Assembly (NCBI GenBank): GCA_013265495.1
Contig: MU061579.1
Span: 5,392,963 to 5,456,962 of the forward strand
Direction: 5' to 3'
Length of the DNA stretch: 64,000 nucleotides
Source: Vicugna vicugna
Taxonomy: Eukaryota
Shown here: positions 51,491 to 64,000 of the stretch, piece after piece
Layout of the letters: each line of letters opens with the position of its first letter
Position numbering within the stretch: position 1 is the stretch's first letter
Translations under genes and position numbers: made by a program
Notes under the pieces: model-generated
Seen by the model: the letters and a program-made list of their open reading frames with translations, nothing else
The model's database searches: none
Told to the model about the DNA's origin: nothing

Positions 51491-53099
51491 AAACATACAT
51501 TTATACTTATCCACATTTGTTCACAGTATATGTATGTAATTTAAAAGTGTATATAATATATAATTATGTATAATTCTATCATGTTTCAGCATATCGTTAC
51601 ACTCTGTTTCGTATTAAGGGAATCTACAGATTAAAAAAAATTTTTAAATTAAATGGCTTGCTTTTTCAGATCCATAAAATATTCTCTAACAAATATTGCC
51701 TATTAAAATTTATCAGATAAATAACTTCATCTAATACTTACAAAGCCACAGAGAACAACTTCAGTGATTGCTATTAAAAATAATTCTTTTCCAATTCGTT
51801 ATTTTCACATAGGAAACTATTTATACAAATGTTTATGTCTTTAGATATTTCATGATTCCTTATTCATCATATGCATTTAGAAAGATTAAAATTAAATTAA
51901 TTTGTCTTGATTTGTGAGATAATATTTTCACTTTATAAAAAATGGTCCTATTTTAATTCATCTTTGTACCAGCTTGATAATTTGGCCTTGATATGATGTT
52001 ATGAACTATGAAGAGAATCTTCTGATTAAAATGCTATCCTATGAACTTGATTTTGTTGTAATAAACTGTAAATGCTGATGGCTCTTTAAGTAGTTAATTA
52101 AAATTTTAAATGATTGATCTACTGAAAAAACAAAGTAGGTTAGATATTTTTCTAGCGACAAAGAGCCACTTAAAATAATTCTTATATTGTTATTTTTTTC
52201 TTTGCTCTTACTCCTCACATGAACATTTTCTTTTAAAAACAAATCTTTATCATTAGCCATAACCTCTCTTTATTTTCTCATTAACAAAATAGTATTAAAA
52301 AAATGAGTGTATCTTGGCCTAATCCATTCTTGAGTCAGTTTTGTTATGTTTTAATTAGAAATATGAATCTAAAGTAGCCTCCTAAATTGAAAGATAATCT
52401 CTTTTTGATTGTGCCACTAAGAATAATCTGTAGAGTAAAATATATTCATGCCTAACTCTGGCCAAATATGTATCTTTACAGAAGAAAAATCAATGTAGTG
52501 GGAAGATTTTTAAATTGCATAAGGCTTCTTTTTGTAATAAGGCATTTCAAAATACAACATACTTTTATGTCAGGAGTATTCGTTTTGTATTGCTAGCATT
52601 TGACCTCGATCATTTGTTCTTGGATTAGGTGTTCATACTGTGGTTTTGTGGGACTTCTATGGAATTACATTTAAATGGGTGCAAATTCTGTTTTATCTTG
52701 AATTAGTTGTGACCTTGATTAAGTAATTTTTTTAAACAGTCACATGAGATTTCTGTCTAATATTTTCTAATTAAGTATACTTATGGAACTTTTAAAATTT
52801 CTTTTTTTCTTGCCTTAAATTTTATTTGAGCTGTTATTCTTTATTGTCACCATAAATACTTTCAGAAACAAAATGGGAAATAAGAAGCATAGAAAGGAAA
52901 GGACAATGAAAGAGAGGCAGGAAGAGAAGAAAAGGGATAAGGAGAAAGAATGGAAGGGAAGTTAATTTGTGCACATTTTTTCTGCTAATTTCTGGACATT
53001 TGTGCTAATTTGCTAGATCTGTATATCTTAGTATTCACCATGGTAGAGCCTACATTTTAAAAAAATACCAAAATGTAAAAGGGAAACCAAATAACTTCT

Positions 53100-53800
53100 T
53101 ACAGAAAACTCTTCCACATTCATCTATATTTTGGAAAGAAAGAGTAGTTTCATAACAGTGAATCAAAATCTTGAAAGAATAATATGACTGATAAATTTGA
53201 GTGCAATGAAAATGTGTTGGTAGGTCATATCTATTGTGTGTGTGAGTATGTAAATTACATCACAGGTGAAAATCTAGTAGATGTAGTGTGGAGAGTGGTC
53301 TAAAAGTCAATTACAAACAGCAAAACACTTACAGAAGAACAGACAAATTAGGGCAGTCCACAGAAAAATTAATTTGGTTACATGTCATTTAAACTTAGGA
53401 AAAATACTTGAACTCATGTAAGTGTGAGCATAATTTAAATTTAAACTGAGATCTCATTTTTGGCTCAGTTTTGTGAACTAAAGATTTGAAAAAAAATCCA
53501 AAAGTTTAACAACATATGCCATTTTGAGACTGCGAGGATTCATACACTCTTAGGCTGGAGGCAAATGGAATAGCCCAGAGACAAAAATAACAATATCTAA
53601 TGAAATACATGTCAACTAGAACATTGGCTCACAAGTTGTCGTTCAGCATTCCATCTCAGTTATGAACCAGCAAACATGCAAACTGACATATGCATAAAAT
53701 AATACTTTGAACTGCAAATGACTGGAAAGAACTGAAATGTCCTAAAATTGTGTATTGGTTGAGTAAATTATGAAATAACACGATGAAATACAAATGCAGT
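53100..53800 (+). mobile_element. L1ME-like fragment
   Basis: ttaaactgagatctcatttt, caaatgactggaaagaactgaaatgtcc, ttggttgagtaaattatg. Confidence 0.6.
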
Positions 53801-54975
53801 CCCCAAAACATTTACACTTTCAAACTGTTTCGTCATGAATCATAATTTATGTGACTTACCTATAGATTAGAAACGAATCCTCATTAGGAAAATAGCCACC
53901 CCAAAAGTGAATATGTCATTTTTTTTTTCTGCACTATTTTTAGACAAGTTAAAGATCATGTAAGGAAGTCTTTGGGGGAGAACCTGGGCTTTGAACTGAA
54001 TACTAAGAAATGATGGTATTTTGGAAAGTGAAAAGTATAAAGAGGTAAATCCGCATAGGTGGAAAGTACAAGCTGTTCTTAGGGGAGAGAAAGCTCAATA
54101 ATTTCTAAATGGTCATTTTATCCAAAGGCTTGGGGAGTAGCAGGCGGGCAGGCATATTCTAGAGATGCTGTTAGAAATGAAATGACCACTAGCAAATTAA
54201 ATTGTATTGGGCACAAAGTATATTCAGTTGCCACTGTTGCAAGCACTTTAAAAATCTTTCATTGAATTTTCATAGCAATATTTATCCCCAAATTACATTT
54301 GTAGTGAAGGAAGATTGATGTGAAATCAAAGCCTCCTCTGGTCATGACTGCCAGTGGCTTAGCACACTACTTTCTTTTGCTCTCAAGGCTTCATTTTGAG
54401 CTGTTTTATTTGTTGAGGGAAATAGTGAAATCAATAAGAATACTGTCATAGTCTGTAAATGACTTACTGCGAATGAAAAGAATGGGGTTAATGTTCCTTT
54501 ATCTGAACAACATCAAAAGAAATACACAAAGAAAACAAACCAGAATAGCATCTATAGATCCATTATTCATAACATCAGTGTTGCCAAATAGAAAAGCGAT
54601 TCCAACGTGCTTTCTGTCGTTCTGAAAGAAATATATTTATTTGTGACGTGTTTTGTATTCTAATCCACAGTACCATTATGAAATCTATAGAAATCACTTA
54701 GCTAGTCAGTTATGTCAGAATTTTTATGGGAAATGTAAAACAGTGACGATGAAAGCTTGGATGAAGTGCCCCAAATTTTGGAAGCCAGTTGTGGTTTTCC
54801 AGTTAGCGGAGGGTCTGCATGGAATTTCCTAGTTTTTTCCATAAATTAGCTAAGATAGGATACTCACAGGCAGCTCTCATATAACCTTTCATCCATATTC
54901 AGTACTGAGAGCTTTAATTCCTGGGTTATTCAAAATGTTTGCACATAGAGATTATGGCAAATTGTAGATAATTGC

Positions 54976-55110
54976 TGTTGTGGTTAATTTTATGGGTCAA
55001 TTTGATTTGATTAAGTGATGCCCAGAGAGCTCGTAAACATTATTTCTGGGTAAAGGTGTCTCTGGAAGAGATTAAAAGAAAGATTTAAAGAAAAAAAATT
55101 AGCATTGACT
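54976..55110 (+). mobile_element. MLT2 LTR 5' fragment
   Basis: tgtggttaattttatgggtcaatttgat...gatgcccagagagct...aacattatttctgggt...ctggaagagatta. Confidence 0.8.
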
Positions 55111-58091
55111 ATATTTAGACTTAATTAATAGATATACTGTTATTTAAACATACTATCAATGTAGAAATTATTTCAATAATGGTATATGAGAATTATGTTC
55201 CAGATTCTTTTTCGGGTTCTGAAAATACAAGAAAAAATTGTACTTAATTTAGTGTAGCTTATAATGAGTTAATGAAAACTTTATATTACTGAAACTGTTG
55301 GAGATAGTTTTCATTCTCATAATATTAATAAAGTATGATTCTGTAAGTAAAAGGAAGCATTGAGCCAACAGTAATTTAACTACCACTTTTCTTATTTAAC
55401 CAGGTATTAGGGGAAATTAAGCTTCTTGCTTCTAATGTAACATGTTTGGAGAAAAATGACTCCCGAGAAGCTGGTCTGCTTTGTTGATAATTTGCAGGAA
55501 TAAGGAAAGTGCTATAAAGTTCTCAGCGTCGGTATATTACTAAACTGCTGTAGTTGGCACAAGCTGGTTTAGCTCTTCATGGCCTGACCTTGTGTAGGTT
55601 AGAAGACAAGTGCGCTGCAGTTTTAAAGAGGGACTTTGATGACGTTTCCTGTCAGGCGTGTTCAGTCCACGTGGAAGAATGTCACGAGCTTGACAGGACT
55701 CTGTCCCAAGAACAGGGTGTAGAAAGTTGGATCGAGGGGCTTTATTTCTGTTGATTCTTTTTTGATTCTCTACAAGCATTTATTATATTTTAGAGTATGG
55801 TGTGGATAATCTCAAATTTGAAGCGTGTTTTCAAGGCTTATGAAGATTTTAATAACCTGGTCCAAAAGTCTTTTGAAACAGTTTATCTCAGTGTCATCCA
55901 GTAGGATGACATTGAAGGAAATCAGTTGTTTTGTAACTGAAACTTAAGAGAATTAGAAAGCATGTGTATTAAGTGAGAGCTGTTAGTGATGAAGAGTAAA
56001 GGAAAAAAAAAAAACTGTCCCTCTAGGACTCACCAGGAGAAGTAGAAACACTTTGATGTGACTGAAAAAAAGGAGTAGCCTTTTAATTTACAGGAAGCTC
56101 AGTGTGAAAGAGGGGAGGACAAGATAGGAGTATAGATGAGGGTGCTTCTAGCTTCTCAATTAGAGAATTTACAGTATCTAGGATGTTCATCAGAAAACTT
56201 CAAAACATCTTTTTCTTTTTCATTTCTTAAAATTAGGAGTTGGTTCACATAATTTAAGAAGTTACAATGTTAGTGATGAAATTTCTCAAACTACAACAGT
56301 TTTAAATGAAGAAATTAATCACCAAATATATTGTCTTATAAAACTTATGGTCAGAAAGTGACATTGCATATTTCCTTATTAAAGAAGAAATTATCTTATA
56401 ATTGACAAAATGACTTTTTAGAGATTTTAATATATGCTACATTGTGAAATTACAAAACTTCAGCTTCAGTTCATTATGAATTTGTTTCTAGATCAAATAT
56501 ATGGTTTGTTCAGATATAGCTAGAGCCAAAATACAATCATCATCTCTGAATTGTTTTTAACTTAGTGAAATGTCTGAAGTAATTGAAAAGTGAAAAGTTT
56601 AAGGCTAACACTGAAAGCAAATCTAATTAACAACTATTTTTTTCTTAGTTTAGAATCTTATTTCTCAATGAAAGCATACATATGAAAATTATAGTGCTAT
56701 ATAGTGAGACTTTAAAATTAATTTTACCTAGAGTGTTAGGAGAAAAAAACGATTGAGATTAAAATGCTCACTCTGCAACAGTCTTTTGCCTTCTTAAATA
56801 AGTTCGTAATATAAACATTTTATGATTCTAATTTTCAATTCTAATCCAGTTACACAGTTTTAGATGTGTCATTTTTTTAAATGGAGTTTATTCAGCAACA
56901 GTTTATTCAGAAAATAAATATACCTACTTAATTTTAATAGATGTATTAAAAATAATAATTTTGTAAGTTATTATATTGAATTTCTGAGTTGATACCTTTT
57001 TTGTTATTTCTTGGCTTTCTTTATGGGATCTTTTTTACACTTAGGAAAACTTTCCACTAAGAATGTGAAATTATGTCATAAGCATTTTATGTGTATGTAT
57101 TTAATACATGGTGATTTGGATTTGGCTTTTACATCTTAATTAAATATATGAGTAGGCATATAGTGCCTTGTTCTAAACATTAAATTCATCTTTAAGTAAA
57201 GATATCATTGTTTTGCTGAATTACAAGGAATTGTGTACATCAGTTTGTCCTAATGTTCTCGAGAAGGGCTTATGTTTTGTCTTGTTTTTGTTTTCTCCTT
57301 CAAATACCCTTAACAGCTCCAGATTTTTTTTAAGGAAACTACTTCATCCACAATCGCTGTTGGACAAATCGCCCAGCAATTCTTTATGCACTGGTGACCG
57401 TGTTGGTTGCCATGTAAATCATCTCCATAGTCACAGTTGAGTGGATTACAGGATAGATATCAATAAGGGACTGGGAGAAAAATCTTCCCAAAGATATCAG
57501 TAGATATTTGTGCCAAATGATATTCTTTATTGTGAGGACAGGAACTGACACCAAAGGATATACATACAGAAAAGGCCATACACAAATATCATGGACAATT
57601 CAAGCCATGGTTAACAAAGTTACATGTCATCAAAAGCTATGTAAGTGATAAGCAGCCATGAGGAATGAAATGGAATAAAGAATGAGGCTGTGTGTGGCCA
57701 GATTAGAAGAGCAAAAATTGACAGGTACTGAGGTATCAGGTGGAAATCCAAGAACACCAGCTGTTCATGTACCAATAAGATGATCTGATTATATTATGTA
57801 GCATGTTGGAGACATGTGTGTGTTTGAAAGAGAGTTCCTATCAGAAACTAAAAACCATTTTAGAAATGGGGCTTAAAGAGTCAAATATTATGTATTATAT
57901 AGTCTCTAAGAAGCATCACTCAACTAGGAAATTAGACTGTATTTCTAATTAATTAAAAACATTACTAAGTACTGAGGAAAATTCATGTGTTTGATATTTT
58001 AAATATAAAAATGTGAATTTTTTATATAACCATGTTGAAAATGGGGAAAAAAGTGTCTATATATATATTGTTACTTATTTGGATTAATTTA

Positions 58092-58940
58092 GCAGAGTAG
58101 ATCTCAAAATTTGATGTATGTCAAAATAACTGAGTAACTTGTTACATTAAAAAAAAAATGGCTGTGGCTGGCTCATTTCACTCATTAATGTCCTCTAGGT
58201 TCATCCCTGTTGTCACAAGTGGTGGAGTTTTCTCCTTTTTATAAGGCTGAATAACGTTCCACTGTATGTATGTTTCACGTTTTCTTTATCCATTCACGTG
58301 TCAATAGACACTTGAGTTGTTTTCATGTCTTGACTATTGTCACTAATATTGCAATGAACATGGGAGTGCAGATGGCTCCTTCATATTCCTTTGGATTTTT
58401 ACCCATTGATTCCACTTACTTGGAAATCTAACGTAGTCAAACTCTTAGAAACAGAGAATACAGTACCAGTTGCCATAGGTAAGGTGTTGAGAGAAATAGG
58501 GTGTTATATTTCCATTGGTAAAAAATTTCTTACACTAGACGAATAATTTCTAGAGATCTGCTATAAAACATGCCTACAGTTACAACATGGTATTGTGCAC
58601 TTCAAAATTTGTTAAGAGGGTAACTCTTTATGTTGTGTTCTTACCCAGAGACAAACAAAAAGCGAAGGATGCAGGAAACTCTCTGAGGTACTGGATGTGT
58701 CTACCACCTTGATTGTGGTGATGGTATCATGGGTGTTTACCTATGTGCAAATTCATCAGACTGTGCACATTAAACATGTACATTTATTTGTATATCAATT
58801 ATACCTCAACAAAGCTGTTAAAAATAAAATGTGAATATGGCAGGGCTCCAACACAGAACCACTTAACTCAGAGTCTAAAGAGGTAGATCGAGGTCTGTTT
58901 TTTTATGCTACACTGGTAATTCATATACAGGGTCAGCCTA
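58092..58940. mobile_element. MER5-like hAT element split by an L1 insertion
   Basis: Left half agtagatctcaaaatttga...cttgtta; right half agggctccaacacagaacc...actcagagtct...ggtaattcatat. Confidence 0.5.
58162..58829 (+). mobile_element. L1MA/MB-like 3' end with 5' inversion (twin priming)
   Basis: Antisense piece about 58162-58405, then sense piece from tgattccactta to atacctcaacaaagctgttaaaaataaaa. Confidence 0.85.
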
Positions 58941-59900
58941 AATTAAATATGATCTCATTAATTTTTCTTTAGGATTTGACTTAATATTTAAACTGTTAAA
59001 ATATATTTGTTTATATATATTCATGGGAAGAAATATTTTCATTTATAAATATGGTATGTAAATTATAATTTAGTATCCACATATTGAGGTATTACTTAAT
59101 TCTTCTGAATCATCATTTATATTCAGAATTCTTACATTTCTTGAATCTAGAATGCCCAGTACGAAATTAATAGTTATTATCTTATCAGTTTGTTGAAAGG
59201 TAAATTATATGTGCTTACTTTGTGGAGAAAGATAAATAAGTATTATGGCACTCTTTCAGACATTCCATTAATAATCAAATCAAATCAAATCAATTACTTA
59301 CATTTTGCCTACATTGTAAGTCAGTAGGGCATAAGATTTAAGACTCAGGTTCTGCCCTTGAGGTATTTTTGAATTGGGGGAAGATAAACTATTGTAAGAT
59401 AAGAAAATGTATCTCTTCTTCCAGAGTTATCAGAAACCTCCCGATTTTTAATTCTAATGTGTGCTTCTTTTCCTGAGTTAACATCTCAAAACAGCATTTA
59501 ATACAATTTCTCACTCCCCTTAAGTTGGAAAGTTTTTTTTTTTCTTTTCTTGGTACTCTCTTGGTTTTTCTCTTATATCATTGGCCATTTAAATATAGTT
59601 TTTGTTTGTTTGTTTTCACTCCTTCTCTTAAAACATTAGCGCTTTAAAAGCTCTTTCCAATCTATGTTCCCTCTCAAGGCTGATTTCAGTCTCCTCATTT
59701 TAAGTATCATATATGCATGGCATACATGCACACACGTAAATGTTACATCTCCTGTTCACATCTCAAACCAAAATCATAGGAATCACAACCCTAATCCCTC
59801 TCTCGTCCTTCATGACCAGTCTGTCTTCAATATGATTTCTTCTACCTCTAGAACATGGCCCTTATTAACCTATTACTCATTTTCATTCCCAAATACTAGA

Positions 59901-60206
59901 CAGAATTTCCCAAACCATGTACTGTGGAATGCTGTGCTCCATGGGAAAAAGAAAGTTGTAAGTAAATAATTTGGGGGAAACAATGTCCTGATTTTGAGTA
60001 TATTAGCATATTGAATCACATTACCAATATTAAATATCAAGCATATTAGCATATTAGAGACTCCAAAAAGATTTTCAGTAAATGCACATTTAAAAATGTA
60101 TTTATCCCAATGTTTCATCAGTGTTTTTGACCATGGAACCATTTCATTTTACAACATAATTAAATGTATTATATAACCTATTAACCTTGAAACTCTGGGT
60201 AATGCA
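59901..60206. mobile_element. MER103-like hAT-Charlie relic
   Basis: cagaatttcccaaac..tgtggaa start, ttgaccatggaacc internal motif, aactctgggtaatgc end. Confidence 0.55.
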
Positions 60207-60599
60207 AAAATCTAAAGGTATTTTTTTAACTTATATGTGGCTATAGCCATCATAGTCAGCAGGACAGGACTGAAGAGTTCTGCCTGTGTTCTTATTAATG
60301 ATAAATAGCATAAATATCTTAAAAATATTTTCCAACTACCTCTACATACCGTTCACAAGTAAAGACATTTACTTAAGTTCTATAGTACAGTTCTCTAAGT
60401 ACCAGCCTATTGGAAGTTATACATCTCTAAGGAACTATGTCTCATCCCTGAAATTTGGTTTAAAAAATTAAAAACAATCAGCTCTGGATGTTTTAGGCAT
60501 GGAACCCCTGAAAATGAGGAAACTAGGCATAAAAAAACAAAACTTAGCATGATTTCAATGCAGTGCATGACTTTTTTGGCCACAAATATGAGGCTTATA

Positions 60600-60830
60600 G
60601 AAGACAGTGGTAGATAACATGGGTTTGGAAGCTTAGAAAGTCTTCTGAATTTCTAGTTCCTATAATTTGATATGATCTCTGATAAGTTAACTTCTCTGTG
60701 CCTCAGTTGCCTCATCTACCAGACGGGAATTTTAATAGTACATTTCCTAGGATGTGAAAATTAAGTGAGACAATCCATCAAATGTTCTTGGAACAGTGCC
60801 TGGTATATCATAAGTACTCAATAGATACTA
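60600..60830 (+). mobile_element. MIR SINE
   Basis: aagttaacttctctgtgcctcagttgcctcatct core; aacagtgcctggtatatcataagtactcaata 3' end. Confidence 0.85.
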
Positions 60831-62504
60831 CATGATAATAATGGAGGATAACTTTAAAAATGTTTATTGGAAATAAGACTAGAAATTATAGTTTTGTTTT
60901 CATTTTAACATATACATAGTGAACAACATCATTTGCCATGAATAAATTGGCAAATACATTCCAAATAAATTACAATCGTCACTTTTGGGCACAGAGTGAG
61001 GAAAACAGCCATCTGTTTTAAAAGTGACACTAGCCATGTTAGAACTCAGTGCAAGAGACTGTAAGGCATTGACCAGTCTGCTTTAATTCAGTGTTAAGCT
61101 TAGTAAGGTAAGAACTTAACACTTCGTGTTTCAGTAGAAATGGTATAGCACTGAATGTATATCTTTCAATATATCATAATGACTTCATCAAATAAAAAAT
61201 CACTGAAATCATCCTGGGAGAGGACATAGATTAGGAAGAGCTTCTAAAGCTCTAATATCTTAAGAAGAGGAGTTAAAAACAAACAAACAAAAACTGGATA
61301 TAAATGGCCAGTGATATAAGAGAAAAACCAAGAGAATATCAAGAAAAGAAAAAATATATATATATTGTCTCTGATATACAGAGATCACCTGTTACATAAA
61401 ACGTTAAAATAATAAATATTACCCCTTCCTTCAAGAAACAATATCACTGTTGAAATAGTTGGGATACTTAAGCTTTGACCATAAATGTAGTCTGAGTTGG
61501 TGTGCAGTAGGGGATTACCAATTTAGCAAAAAGATTGAAATCAAGATAATGCTGCTTGGAGGATTCTATTGAACATTTTTCCTACCTTGATAATCAAGTT
61601 ACATAATTTGCCATCTTTAACAGTTTTTTTCTGAGAGAAATATTATACAATACTTTGAAGCTAATCTGTAAACCCTGAGGATTGTGTTTGTTTGTTTGTT
61701 TGCATGCTTGCTTTGTGATACTGTGATACCCAAAGCAAATCACTGCTGTAGATATATTGTGTATAACAACCAGGCTTGTCACATTGATACACTGGAGAGG
61801 ATGACCTTGGAATTGAGTGGAGAAATCGTTTTCCTTTTCTATGTGCCAGTGAGTAAAAGAGTGGTTGTTAATAGGCAGGTTTGGTTAATAGTCCATATAT
61901 GAAGTTCTAACATAAGAGTGCAAATCAGTTGTCAACAAAATATATTAGCTGTGTTACAGAGTAAGCAGGATGATACACAGCTTGCGAGATTTTAGCTTGT
62001 GTTACAAGATCAGTTCTTTTCAGTTTGAAAGAAAATATGTTATTGGAGTAAACATATTAAAATAAATAGGCACAAATAGAGATTAAAGAATCAGGAGGGT
62101 TATTTATTTTCCTCCAGGCATATGAATAACCACAGTTCTTGCTCTTATGATAGACACCTGTTAATATTTTGGATCCCAAATGCTCGTGTGTGTTGTAAAC
62201 ACTTTCGGAGTTTTTTACAGATACTCATTTGAGGACCCCCACTGTCAGATTCCTATGCAGTGGCTCTTGACTGAGATCAAAGATATCTGATGTGTTTAAG
62301 AGCTGCTTAAGAATATGATGCTAACTAGCCCAAGGTTTAAATGCAGGCAATACCACTAGTGAACAGAAGGTACAGAAAAACAGTCTGAAAGATTCCAAAA
62401 CTATCCTGGGAAATTAAACCACTACAAGCAATGGGAAACACTTCTTTGCTGGAAACATATGTATAAATGGAGAATTGGTACTCAGAGTGGCGTCAGATCA
62501 AAAG

Positions 62505-62635
62505 ACCAGTGGCATCTGCTCACCAGGAAGCATTTTGGAAATGCCCAGCCCCAGCTCAACACCTGTCTTAATGTACCCAAATCTGAACTTTCATAATATC
62601 CTCAGGTAACCCATTAATGTTTAAGAAACACTACA
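62505..62635. mobile_element. MER5A-like fragment
   Basis: gcatctgctcaccaggaagcattttggaaatgc...cctcaggtaa...tttaagaaacact. Confidence 0.6.
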
Positions 62636-64000
62636 GTAAAAGGAACAGAAGAGATGTATCTGCTCTGTCATTCTACTTTTTATCTGGAAAAAATGTGGTC
62701 CTATAAGGTGATTTCTGCATAGAAATAAACCCTGCCATTATATGTGTGCCATTTTGGGTTTTGCTTGCTTGCTTGTTTGTTTATAGGCAACATAGTTTAT
62801 TTCTGAAACTTTTTTTAACACTTATTAATGTGAATACATCAGAAAATAATTCACATTTATCTTCAGGTGGAAAAAATAAAATATGCCTATCAATAAAGGG
62901 ACAGTCTATCAAAATTTATAAGACCTAGATAGTGGAAAACTAAACTACTGCTCCCTCGATATTAGCTTTTCATTTGATAACTCAATGTACTAAATGGTAA
63001 AAATCCATTGTTTTTACATCTATCAAACTTTAATTAGAACTCATGTAGCCTTAATGTGTAGATCAAAAAGGTGGTAGACTGACTGTTGCCAGGAAGCAAA
63101 GGCCTAGAAATAGTGACAGATTGCTCTTTCGGATTTTTTTAGTCCTTTAGATACATATTCTGCTCACGGAGAGATTTAACTTCCTAGAAAATTCCATCAT
63201 GTTACAAAATGCCATTAACTCCTGATAGTCATAAACACATTAAATAACAACCATCGATGCTGCTTTGACAGCTCTAAAGGATTTGTATGCAGTTTTAATG
63301 ATGGAGAACCTCACTCATCATAATTTCTGAGTGTTGAATTGATCCTTGGAAGAGAGGCTGATAATTTGATTGTTCTGTAATGTGCTAGTGCATAATTTCA
63401 GAAAGAGAAATCATTTTATGAAGAAACTAATTACATGCAAATGACTCTCTTTGCAAGATGTTAATAAAATTAGAAATACTTTCCAAAAATGAAGAAAAAA
63501 TAGTGTAAAATAAAATGCCTTGAAGAGGTAAATTGTTAAAGAATACTACAGAGATATTATCCTGGGAAAGTGCATGAAGGAATCTATACCAAGGAGAGGA
63601 AACTTGTGCTGTTTCATTTTTTACTGTGTCAAGAACATCCTCTTGTCCTTTACTTAACCTTCTAAACCCTAAGTGATAATATGAATTGTGAAAATTTCAA
63701 TTCATATTGGAATTAAATTGGTCTTCATGGGAGATATATTACAGAAGTCTCTCCAAATAGAAAAAGAATTCACACCTTACCTAATAAAGGAGCAGTGAAG
63801 GGACATGCCCATCTTACAGTGCATGTTAATGTCTTGTTGAAAAGCATTATCAAAAATAAGCCAATTTATTCTGAAATTTTAGAAACCCCTTTAAAGAAAA
63901 ATACGTTGGACTTGATTTGACTGTAATAAAATAATATTTTATCTTAATTATCACTTCTTTTTTCTATATGCCCTATTTTTTATTTCTCTTTCTGAACCAC

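Noticed and set aside
1..64000. Short ORFs of 60-139 aa in the supplied track as host genes
   Set aside because: They lie in L1, MaLR or ERV relics or are low-complexity AT-rich frames, with no recognisable host protein and no exon chain.

Overview
AT-rich eutherian genomic DNA (intergenic or deep intronic), dense in transposon relics. I found no convincing host protein-coding exon, rRNA, tRNA or CRISPR feature. No Alu, B1, Bov-tA, PRE-1 or SINEC copies are evident. The youngest L1 3' ends resemble camelid/cetartiodactyl L1, but the species is an inference. The most structured locus is a nested endogenous-retrovirus complex at about 37.8-45.2 kb. A deleted gamma-like provirus on the minus strand (38537-44061) has a GGAG 4-bp TSD, a tRNA-Arg PBS, a PPT and a decayed pol. 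It sits inside the gag of an older pol-less element on the plus strand that pairs an ERV-L-like gag with a gamma-type env TM. The inner provirus has two LTRs whose middles do not align, and one keeps a CpG-rich NRF1/Sp1-like core. Other notable items: a strong AG|GTAAGT recursive-splice-site candidate (11408/11409), a possible ancient class III env relic, a piggyBac (Looper-like) transposase relic, a poly(A)-only TSD-flanked insertion, two twin-primed L1s and an orphan GC-rich insert. Repeat subfamily names are from memory, not from a database search. I see no evidence for an intact novel multi-gene system.
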